Source of the DNA: Nitrososphaeraceae archaeon
GTDB lineage: Archaea; Thermoproteota; Nitrososphaeria; Nitrososphaerales; Nitrososphaeraceae
Assembly (NCBI GenBank): GCA_016782225.1
Contig: JADDOW010000046.1
Coordinates: forward strand, 3,710 to 67,709
Length of the DNA: 64,000 nt
Direction: 5' to 3'
Below, piece after piece: positions 1-7,789 of this stretch (position 1 is the first letter of the stretch; every line of letters begins with the position of its first letter). The notes beneath the pieces were generated by a model. The model ran no database searches, had not been told where the DNA came from, and saw only the letters and a list, made by a program, of their open reading frames with translations. Position numbers and translations under genes: made by a program.

Positions 1-589
1 TGTATGAGATTTCTGCATCAGCTATGGTTGTGCCACAATCGATGCAATAATTGTTGGGCCTGTCTCCCAAGTATATCAGATTCCTTTTCCACAATTCTAT
101 GAATGTTGACTGTGTTAGTGTTCTGAATTCTGTTGAATCTGTGTGATATTTTTCTTTAAAGTTTGCACTAATTCCTATGCTTTTTAAAATCTCTACAAAT
201 TCATTCTCTGTGTCATCCAGTGTGCTCTCACAAAGTTTTAGAAATTCTTTTCTATCCATATTCCTCATTCTAATTTTGTATTTTTTTTCCGTGTAGATCT
301 CTACAGGTATTCCATTTCTGTCTATTCCAATAGGAAAAATTACCTTAAACCCTCTGGATCTCGCAACCCGTGCTATCATGTCTATTTGGGAATAATGCGC
401 AGCTGCGCCAATATGCCATGGCTTTCCAGAAGGGTAAGGGGGTGGTGTATCTAAAATATAGTAATTTTCAATTCCCAGTTGATTATCGTTATCGTCATCG
501 ATTCCGTAGATGTTGTCTTCTTCCCATTGATTTAGAATTCTTTTCTCAATCTCAGAAGACCAAATCTTTTCTGCAATCTTGGTGTCCAA
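1..589 (-). CDS. valS: valyl-tRNA synthetase, N-terminal part (gene runs off the window start)
   Basis: Own minus-strand translation from TTG at 589-587, with an in-frame TAA just upstream: MDTKIAEKIWSSEIEKRILNQWEEDNIY...LDTPPPYPSGKPWHIGAAAHYSQIDMIARVARSRGFKVIFPIGIDRNGIPVE...NNYCIDCGTTIADAEISY. Class-I aaRS HIGH region and archaeal ValRS-like CxxC..AE segment. Absent from the ORF track because it has no stop in the window. Confidence 0.7.
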   Translation of the reverse strand, partial: MDTKIAEKIWSSEIEKRILNQWEEDNIYGIDDDNDNQLGIENYYILDTPPPYPSGKPWHIGAAAHYSQIDMIARVARSRGFKVIFPIGIDRNGIPVEIYTEKKYKIRMRNMDRKEFLKLCESTLDDTENEFVEILKSIGISANFKEKYHTDSTEFRTLTQSTFIELWKRNLIYLGDRPNNYCIDCGTTIADAEISY

Positions 590-683
590 TTTTTAATTTG
601 TAATATCTTTTTTTAATTAGTTATTAACCTTCCTAGCTTATTCCGACAACTAAAAAACCTGGACTCCATTTAGTCCGTCCATC

Positions 684-1478
684 TCATGTTTTTTTTATGT
701 TTGATAATATGTGGGCCCCTTTGTTGACCCCTTCATAAATGTATACACCTATTGCCTGCACATTATCTGGCATTTTTTTTGAGAGCATTTTTATTATTTC
801 AGTGGAGAGATTTTCTACAGTTGCTTCTCCCTCTAGCAGATATGTCGTAGTTTTTGGGACTTTTAAATCAAAATAGCCTCTAGGTCCATCAAATTCAATA
901 AAAAGATGACTATCTTCCTCCTTCTTTAAATATTTTCTATTTATGAAAAACTTGTGATCAATTTGCATTAGTGCTTCCTTTATTATCTTTTTTGCTTCCG
1001 AAAAATCAATAACCAGGTTATCTTTCATTTCCCCTATTATTTCTATCATGATGGTTGAGGTATGTCCGTGAATTATGGAACATTTATCCACCAAAGGTAG
1101 GATGTGGGCATAATCAAATGATAGGGATGGATCTTCAATAAAAATTGACCCGATTTGTTTGCTTTGTTTGTCAAAGAAAAAAATACTCTCTAATTCGTTT
1201 ATTTTTCCTATAAAGGATGATTTTCCCACGGCAACCAGATCAATCAAAGGAAATTTTTCATTGATTTTTTTAAATTCTGCTAGATCCCCTTCATTGTCTA
1301 TTATCTTGATAAATTTGTCTCCTATTTTGAAATCTATGTTTGTGTTGGAGTTAACTATTGGTTCATTATATTGGTAATCTATTTCCAAAAAATCCAGTAA
1401 TTTCGACAAGGAATGTCCTGTTCTGTTTTTTATTAAATCCTTCTTACTATCGCTGATGTATTTTAAATCTTTGTCCAA
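684..1478 (-). CDS. 6-pyruvoyl-tetrahydropterin synthase / QueD-fold protein with uncharacterised N-terminal domain
   Basis: 264-aa ORF. The C-terminal ~150 aa (FDYAHILPLVDKCSIIHGHTSTIMIEIIGE) resemble the PTPS/QueD fold with its H...HGH pattern. The first ~105 aa carry no motif I recognise. Confidence 0.55.
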   Translation of the reverse strand: MDKDLKYISDSKKDLIKNRTGHSLSKLLDFLEIDYQYNEPIVNSNTNIDFKIGDKFIKIIDNEGDLAEFKKINEKFPLIDLVAVGKSSFIGKINELESIFFFDKQSKQIGSIFIEDPSLSFDYAHILPLVDKCSIIHGHTSTIMIEIIGEMKDNLVIDFSEAKKIIKEALMQIDHKFFINRKYLKKEEDSHLFIEFDGPRGYFDLKVPKTTTYLLEGEATVENLSTEIIKMLSKKMPDNVQAIGVYIYEGVNKGAHILSNIKKT

Positions 1479-1552
1479 TCATTAAATAATATATCTGATC
1501 TCTATTAAATTATTACAAATATATTTTGAACATTTTACATTTCAAGACATAG

Positions 1553-2326
1553 ATGTCTTTGCATAAAGAATTGTGTGATTTTTTGTATTTGACAGTTAGG
1601 GATACAGTAAAGAATGAGGATAAAGTTGTCATAGCATTTTCTGGAGGGGTGGACAGCGCTTTACTGTCCAAGATTTGCATTGATTTAAAAAAGCAAATAT
1701 GTTTGGTAACGATTGGCTTTCCCTTTTCACATGATCTTTTGTTTTCAAAAAAGATATCTGTTCTGCTTCTTTCCGATTCCCATAGTCATATTGTATATGA
1801 GTTAAATGATGTGGATTTTACCGAGAGTATAAAATACGTCAAATCCAAAATATCCTGCAATTCCCTTTCGCATATAGAAAATTGCATTGCTTTTTTTGCT
1901 CTAAGTAAAGTCATTAGAGACAACAGCCTAGGGAATTTTTTTTTGACAGCTAATGGTTTAGATGAGTTATTCTGTGGATACGATAGATATAGATTTTTTT
2001 TTGGCAGCGGACATGATTCTATAATAAGATTCATGGAGGAAAAATTAATCAATGAATTTCACCTGATGAGCGAAATTTCCAAAGTCATTGGAAACAGCGG
2101 AATAAAATCCATTCAACCATTCCTGACCAGGGATTTTATTGATTTTGCAAAAAAAATTCCATTAGAATATAAAATTAAAGGTAGCAATGACTACTTGAGA
2201 AAACACATCATAAGGCAAATTGCGTTAGATATCGGCGTTCCAAAAGAATCTGCAATGTATCCAAAAAAAGCGCTGCAATACGGGTCTTTGATTCACAAAC
2301 ACCTAGTCAAAAAAAACCTATATTGA
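1553..2326 (+). CDS. PP-loop ATP pyrophosphatase, asparagine-synthase-like
   Basis: VVIAFSGGVDSALLSKI is an SGGxDS PP-loop. TANGLDELFCGYDRY resembles the AsnB C-terminal domain. Confidence 0.6.
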   Translation: MSLHKELCDFLYLTVRDTVKNEDKVVIAFSGGVDSALLSKICIDLKKQICLVTIGFPFSHDLLFSKKISVLLLSDSHSHIVYELNDVDFTESIKYVKSKISCNSLSHIENCIAFFALSKVIRDNSLGNFFLTANGLDELFCGYDRYRFFFGSGHDSIIRFMEEKLINEFHLMSEISKVIGNSGIKSIQPFLTRDFIDFAKKIPLEYKIKGSNDYLRKHIIRQIALDIGVPKESAMYPKKALQYGSLIHKHLVKKNLY

Positions 2327-2652
2327 AATAATAATTTAATTTGATTAATGGGCTTCAATATGGTTATAGGCAATAAATTATGTGCCTAACTTGTAAATGA
2401 GAATACAGGTATGAGCTTTGCATTATAAATCATCATATGCCTCTCTCCACGAGAAAATATACAAGAATATGAATAAAAAAACGGTTTTGATATGGTGTAA
2501 TATTGTTGTAATATATTAAAGTTACTACGCATATTTTTGTATTTATTTAGTATTTAGGGAGAATCAATTTATTTTTTTTAATATTATAAGCATAATGTTG
2601 CAATTTACAGTGTATCTTGATATTGTATGGTATTGTTTTCCAAAGAAAAGAG

Positions 2653-2660
2653 TTATAAAT
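2653..2660 (+). promoter_or_regulatory. TATA-like box for the NirK-like gene
   Basis: TTATAAAT is centred ~26 nt upstream of the ATG at 2683, the usual archaeal TATA-to-start spacing for a leaderless or short-leader mRNA. Confidence 0.4.
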
Positions 2661-2682
2661 ATCATCTAGTACAATCGTCGTA

Positions 2683-3789
2683 ATGAAGAATACCTTAGCC
2701 TTTATCGCTATATCTGCAATCCTGTTATCTGGGTTAGTTTACTTGCCCGGCATCAACATGGGCGCATATTCCCAAGAAGAGGATGCAGAGGACACAACTG
2801 GTTCACCAGTCACTGTTACATATGTAGCAGTTGAGAAAAACATTACATTACCAAGCGGAGATAATGTCCAAGCCATGACATGGAATGGTACAATTCCAGG
2901 CCCAACAGTTAGGGTAAACCAAGGTGATAATGTTACTGTCCAAATACAAAACCCGACAAATAATTCATTGATTCACAGCTATGACTCTCATGCTTCCACC
3001 GTTAGTGCAATTCCTAACTTTGGCCCAATCAAACCAGGCGAAAACAAGACCTTCTCATTCCTAGCAACCCAACCAGGTGCATTCAAAATTCATTGTGAAG
3101 GCAATGGTGTGTTATCTATGGATGAGCACGTATTCCAAGGCATGGTTGGTTTGATGCTTGTTGACCCAGAAGAAGGTTATGATGGTTATGAAACAGTAAG
3201 CGGTGTCAATGGATCAGTAATTGAAGTAGCTCCTGAAGCAAAGGAAGTCCAATTCCAATTCTCAGAGTATTACCTAAATGAAGACGGTTCCTATAACTCT
3301 AAAGCTATGTTTGAGCACAACAACACATCTGCATGGATAAATGGAAAACCATTTGGATATGAACCGGTAATCACTAAAACACCAAATGCAACAACATTGT
3401 TCTTTAAACAAGGAGATCACGTTAGATTCTTCTTGGTTAACCACGGTGATTGGCCAGTTAACTTCCACATGGTAGGTGAATTGTTGGATAGAGTAGTCGA
3501 TGGTAGCACAGTTCAAGGAATCGGAAAACAAACCTACACAGTAGGTGGCTCCAATGACGCTATTGTTGATATTGTGTTTGACCAACCAGGTGTATACGCT
3601 TTTGTCAATCATGACTATGCACAACTATTCAAAGGTCAAGTAGGCTTGGTTATTGTTGACCCAGTTGATGGCAATACCACAAGTGCATCACTTAACATAA
3701 CCGATACACGCAATCCATCCAATGCAATTCCACCACAAACAGGTCCAAATACTATACCAGTAGAAACTAAACCATACGAACTTCGATAA
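2683..3789 (+). CDS. nirK: copper-containing nitrite reductase (NirK)-type two-domain multicopper oxidase, exported
   Basis: N-terminal hydrophobic signal/anchor. Motifs: WNGTIPGPTVRVNQGDNVTV, HSYDSH (T1 His, Asp, T2 His), IHCEGNGVLSMDEHVFQGM (T2 His, T1 Cys/His/Met), NFHMVGE and FVNHDY in domain 2. Confidence 0.8.
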   Translation: MKNTLAFIAISAILLSGLVYLPGINMGAYSQEEDAEDTTGSPVTVTYVAVEKNITLPSGDNVQAMTWNGTIPGPTVRVNQGDNVTVQIQNPTNNSLIHSYDSHASTVSAIPNFGPIKPGENKTFSFLATQPGAFKIHCEGNGVLSMDEHVFQGMVGLMLVDPEEGYDGYETVSGVNGSVIEVAPEAKEVQFQFSEYYLNEDGSYNSKAMFEHNNTSAWINGKPFGYEPVITKTPNATTLFFKQGDHVRFFLVNHGDWPVNFHMVGELLDRVVDGSTVQGIGKQTYTVGGSNDAIVDIVFDQPGVYAFVNHDYAQLFKGQVGLVIVDPVDGNTTSASLNITDTRNPSNAIPPQTGPNTIPVETKPYELR

Positions 3790-3799
3790 ATACAAATAG

Positions 3800-3824
3800 T
3801 GGCCAAAAGCCATAAATTTTTTTT
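3800..3824 (+). terminator. small hairpin plus T8 run after the NirK-like gene
   Basis: TGGCcaaaaGCCA is followed by TTTTTTTT 12-35 nt after the stop codon. Oligo-T tracts act as archaeal terminators. Confidence 0.35.
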
Positions 3825-3921
3825 AATATTTATATAAAAAAACGAATTAAATAAAATTATTTATGATGAATATAAATTTTGCAGTCTTTAGAATAAAATA
3901 ATAAAATAGTAAATGAATTAA

Positions 3922-4215
3922 CTATTGCATCATTTGGATGAGTATTCTTTCTATGTTGTTTAACTTTAGCATAACATTTACATCTGTTTGATCTTGCCCA
4001 CCCAGTGTTTGATAGATTTCAAATATATTTGCTAGAGCTTCTTTTATCATTGTATTCTTCTTATCATCGGGCTTTTGCACTTTTGATATTGTGCTTTCTG
4101 TTATGTTTTCGATAGGGTCTAATTGTGCGGAGACAAATTGACCAACTGGGTTTTGTAAAATCCCTGTTGTAAAAACTACTATCAAAAATATTGATATTTT
4201 GGCTGGCTTATTCAT
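3922..4215 (-). CDS. small exported hypothetical protein
   Basis: 97-aa ORF with a signal-like N-terminus (MNKPAKISIFLIVVFTTGIL) and no recognisable domain. Confidence 0.45.
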   Translation of the reverse strand: MNKPAKISIFLIVVFTTGILQNPVGQFVSAQLDPIENITESTISKVQKPDDKKNTMIKEALANIFEIYQTLGGQDQTDVNVMLKLNNIERILIQMMQ

Positions 4216-4778
4216 ATATATGGTGCTTTTTCTTGTTATAAAAGTAATACTTTAATTAGTATTATAAAAAGGGTCACCATAAATCCTAACTAAAATTGTA
4301 AATGAATTATACTTGATTAAAATTGAGCTTTATTTGCGGTTATTATTTACTAGGAACACTATTTTTTTGTTGTTATTCTTCTACCTTTTTATTGTTGCCA
4401 AAATCATACCTAAATGCTTGCTGTTTCGCCATTATCTGCATCTCTCAATTTTTGTTCTAAATTTCCATCTTTACTTTGGATACCATTTCGTCAGTTCCCG
4501 ACAATACCGTGAATATAGATCGCAATAAATCATCTGTTGAATCTAGTCAATTCGTTTTGTTTCCATGAGAATCCTAGTATTTTTTAATCTGTTAGTTGGA
4601 AGTCGCCAAACAAAGATTATCGACTCCGTATTTGATGTGTTAGTGCTATAGTTGTAATACGGATGATGTTTACTTTTTTTTCTACAAAGGTTTTTGATGT
4701 TTATTAAAGTATTTGAGATAAAAATACACCTTAATATTATTATAAAAGCCAAAAATATGGTATTTTCTATAAATAACT

Positions 4779-5099
4779 ATGAGTTTTTATCTGCTATTTA
4801 TGATCGTATTTTCCATATCTATTTTAAGCGTTAGCGTTCCTATTTCATTCTCAACTGAGGACCCAGATAAAGGTTTGTCTTATACTGAAAAAAGCTGTGA
4901 TAATGAATCTTGTACAGTAACAACATGCTTTGAAAATAAAGAGTGCAGTATTGATGACTCAAATGACTCGCATACAAAAACTACAAGCTCCGGCGATAAA
5001 ATCCGCCAATTGTTTGGCGGTTCTGACTCTGAAGTTGACTCCGATTTGAAAAATATGGAATTTATGGATATCTTTAATGATTTCTTTGATTTTAACTAA
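4779..5099 (+). CDS. small exported acidic Cys-containing hypothetical protein
   Basis: 106-aa ORF with a signal-like N-terminus (MSFYLLFMIVFSISILSVSV), then CDNESCTVTTCFENKECS and an acidic tail. Confidence 0.45.
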   Translation: MSFYLLFMIVFSISILSVSVPISFSTEDPDKGLSYTEKSCDNESCTVTTCFENKECSIDDSNDSHTKTTSSGDKIRQLFGGSDSEVDSDLKNMEFMDIFNDFFDFN

Positions 5100-5228
5100 C
5101 ATCCTATTTATTATTCGATAAACTTTAATATGATTAAACTACAGATAATTAACAAAAAAACAATATTTTATGATAATATTATAATCTTTAATAATCTAAT
5201 TTGAATTTATATACTTTATATGAAAAAC

Positions 5229-5236
5229 TTTATAAT
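5229..5236 (+). promoter_or_regulatory. TATA-like box for amt
   Basis: TTTATAAT is centred ~27 nt upstream of the TTG start at 5260. An in-frame TGA at 5254-5256 prevents a longer ORF. Confidence 0.4.
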
Positions 5237-5259
5237 CTACCAAAAACCTTCTGTGACCG

Positions 5260-6495
5260 TTGGCAATAGATACTGGTGATACAACATGGATGTTTCTCTC
5301 AACTGGGCTTGTCATGCTTATGATTGCTGGTTTAGGTTTTTTTGAAGCAGGATTGCTCAGGCTTAAAAATTCATTATCTGTAATAATGCAAACATTGACG
5401 GGGCTCGCATTACTGTCCACTTTGTGGTTCATCATTGGGTTTTCCCTAGTCTTTGCACCTGACGTTAGTGGTGTTATAGGGGATCTCTCATGGGTTTTCT
5501 TTGATAACGTTCCTTTTAGTGATTCAGTTAAATGGGCGCCCACAATACCTGGAGTTACTTTTGCGACATTTCAGATGATGTTTGCCGTGATAACGCCGTT
5601 ACTAATAACAGGTGCATTTGCTGAACGCATGCGATGGAGTGCTTTTTTTATATTTGTAATCGTATGGAGTTTGGTGATTTACTATCCACTAGCCCATTGG
5701 GTATGGGGAGGTGGTTGGCTATCTCAACTAGGGGTCTTTGATTTTGCGGGAGGTATAGTTATACATACTAGTGCTGGTTTGGCCTCGATAGCCGCGGCAT
5801 TGGTGCTAGGACGACGTAAAAATTACGGTCCCCAAATTATGGTGCCTCATAACATTCCCCTAGCTGCAATTGGTGGATCTATACTATGGTTTGGCTGGTT
5901 TGGGTTTAATGGGGGAAGCGCTTTAGCATCAGGTGCTCTTGCTGCTAATGCAATGTTGGTAACTCAAATAGGCGCCTCTACCTGTGCTATTACCTGGGTG
6001 CTAATTAGCTGGAAAAGAACTGGAAAGCCTACAGTTACCGCTGTGATAAACGGTGGGATTTGTGGTTTAGCCGGTGTTACCCCTGCTGCTGGATTTATTA
6101 GTGGTCAACACGGCTTTATTTTAGGTATTGTTTTAGGATTTGCATCATACTACGGTATTGTTTTATTGAAAGAGAGGTTAAAGATTGACGATGCTTTAGA
6201 TGTAGGTTCTATTCACGGCATTACTGGTATAGTGGGGAGCTTGGCTATAGGTATCTTTGCAAGCCAATCTATCAACCCTGCAGGCCCTGTCGGTTGGCTA
6301 TATAGTGGCAGCCCAATGCAGTTGATAATTCAAGGTGTTGGTGTTGGTGTTGCTGCACTTATGGCATTTGTTGGAACTATTGTAATAATGAAAATAATTG
6401 ACTATACTGTGGGATTGAAGGTAAATGAGGATGAAGAAGATCTTGGACTTGATATATCACAGCATGCGGAAGCAGGATATAGTGATAATAAATAA
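5260..6495 (+). CDS. amt: ammonium transporter (Amt/MEP family)
   Basis: 411-aa polytopic membrane ORF. Motifs: DTGDTTWMFLSTGLVMLM, FATFQMMFAVITPLLITGAFAER, DFAGGIVIHTSAG, WFGWFGFNGGS, DDALDVGSIHGITGIVG. Confidence 0.9.
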   Translation: MAIDTGDTTWMFLSTGLVMLMIAGLGFFEAGLLRLKNSLSVIMQTLTGLALLSTLWFIIGFSLVFAPDVSGVIGDLSWVFFDNVPFSDSVKWAPTIPGVTFATFQMMFAVITPLLITGAFAERMRWSAFFIFVIVWSLVIYYPLAHWVWGGGWLSQLGVFDFAGGIVIHTSAGLASIAAALVLGRRKNYGPQIMVPHNIPLAAIGGSILWFGWFGFNGGSALASGALAANAMLVTQIGASTCAITWVLISWKRTGKPTVTAVINGGICGLAGVTPAAGFISGQHGFILGIVLGFASYYGIVLLKERLKIDDALDVGSIHGITGIVGSLAIGIFASQSINPAGPVGWLYSGSPMQLIIQGVGVGVAALMAFVGTIVIMKIIDYTVGLKVNEDEEDLGLDISQHAEAGYSDNK

Positions 6496-6497
6496 TC

Positions 6498-6512
6498 TTT
6501 TTTATTTTTTTT
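6498..6512 (+). terminator. oligo-T tracts after amt
   Basis: T6 and T8 runs begin 3 nt after the amt stop codon. Confidence 0.35.
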
Positions 6513-6630
6513 ATTAATTAGAAGATTATTTCTTTGCTTTCTTATTTTTTTTTGTATATGCTGATAATATAATATGTAATTGTCATAAAATTTTAACATA
6601 TTCTTTTTATAGTATGCTTTAAATTTTTAA

Positions 6631-7236
6631 TTGATGTCCATAAATTTATCATGGTATAATAAGAAATTGATTTTGATGTCTGCTACAATAATTGTCGGTT
6701 CTATCTTTTTGCTGGGAACAATTACATTAAGTAACATAAATGCCCAATCTACGGAGAGAGTCACAATTTCAATTGATTCAGCTACCTATGCGCCTTTGAC
6801 AAACGTTCCAGGTGCTAATCAGTTAAAGGTTATTGTAGCCTATCAAACTCTAGATCCGCAATTAATGAATACCAATATCAACGGGGTAATGAAAGTATAT
6901 GCAGAGAATGCATCACTAGTAAAAACATCTTCATTTCCAGCTGGTTTCTCTTTAACCGAATCTGGTAGAATTCAGTTTGCATCTTCTTTCATGGATCCTA
7001 ACATGCAACAGGTTAGAGCCGACATTCAATTAACGAATTTAAATAAAACTAGTGTAATATCTAATGCCTTGACTACTAATGTTACATTAGGAGGGACCAC
7101 TGATCCAGCAGCAGAAGAAGGGACCACTGATCCAGCCGCAGAAGAAGGGACCACTGATCCAGCCGCAGAAGAAGGGACCACTGATCCAGCAGCAGAAGAA
7201 GAGACCTTTGATCCAACAGCAGCCTTTTTCGAATAA
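6631..7236 (+). CDS. exported protein with C-terminal GTTDPAAEE tandem repeats
   Basis: 201-aa ORF (ATG at 6634 is equally possible) with an N-terminal TM/signal. The C-terminus holds 4 exact plus 1 degenerate 9-aa repeats. Confidence 0.6.
   Translation: MMSINLSWYNKKLILMSATIIVGSIFLLGTITLSNINAQSTERVTISIDSATYAPLTNVPGANQLKVIVAYQTLDPQLMNTNINGVMKVYAENASLVKTSSFPAGFSLTESGRIQFASSFMDPNMQQVRADIQLTNLNKTSVISNALTTNVTLGGTTDPAAEEGTTDPAAEEGTTDPAAEEGTTDPAAEEETFDPTAAFFE
7093..7200 (+). repeat. 27-bp in-frame tandem repeat x4, with a degenerate fifth unit to 7224
   Basis: GGGACCACTGATCCAGC(A/C)GCAGAAGAA is repeated head to tail, differing only at one synonymous position. Confidence 0.95.
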
Positions 7237-7421
7237 ATCCCAATTATTTCCCTTTTTTTATAATAAATACATTAAAACAATAATTATGAAGTTCTTCTAT
7301 TGTAAAAAAATATTATTGTGGTTTTATATTCCACTATTACTTGCATTTGATTTGTAAACTATTATAAAAGATCTTACTGTAGGGTTCAAAATAACAAAGG
7401 TGTAACATCAACCAAAATACT

Positions 7422-7455
7422 TTTGATTGTGCTGTCATCTACTTTGATTGTGCTG
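7422..7455. repeat. 13-bp direct repeat TTTGATTGTGCTG x2, 21-bp period
   Basis: Exact copies lie at 7422-7434 and 7443-7455, in the intergenic region upstream of the FTR1 gene. Confidence 0.8.
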
Positions 7456-7773
7456 CTCTAATGGTTGGAGTTACCCTCAAAGGTAGCAACAGGTTAAAAT
7501 GACAATATTGGTAAAAAAATTCCTTGGGTTTGCATTCAATCATTATGACGCAGATTTGGATTATACAAAATATATATGCATGAAGCGAGGGAGAAGGGAA
7601 AGATAAATGGAAATGTTAGGAAATTTGGAAAACCTTTATTCTTTGGGCGTAAATAATCAAATCTTATATGAGCGATAACCATATGAGTTAAATTGTCGAT
7701 TATGTGAGTTTTTATCATTCATTGGTATTTAAAACATATTGGCGTGTAATGTTTAAATATAGTTAAATAAAAA

Positions 7774-7787
7774 TTAGGTTTGCCTAA
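7774..7787. promoter_or_regulatory. TTAGG-N4-CCTAA palindrome (DtxR iron-box-like) at the FTR1 promoter
   Basis: TTAGGTTTGCCTAA matches 13 of the first 14 positions of the classical DtxR box TTAGGTTAGCCTAACCTAA. It sits between A/T-rich TATA-like sequence (7751-7773) and the ATG at 7790. Confidence 0.45.
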
Positions 7788-7789
7788 TA

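Noticed and set aside
370-603. 77-aa plus-strand ORF
   Set aside because: It lies antisense within the well-supported valS N-terminal coding region and has no motif. It is a shadow ORF.
3274-3624. Antisense ORFs inside long genes (also 1159-1377, 1786-2052, 5196-5543, 8497-9873 set, 21160-21630, 27466-27828, 33066-33431, 48037-48570, 50611-50937, 56184-57923 set, 60009-60518)
   Set aside because: Each is fully embedded opposite a gene with strong motif support. Their sequences are low-complexity or hydrophobic strings typical of shadow frames in A/T-rich DNA.
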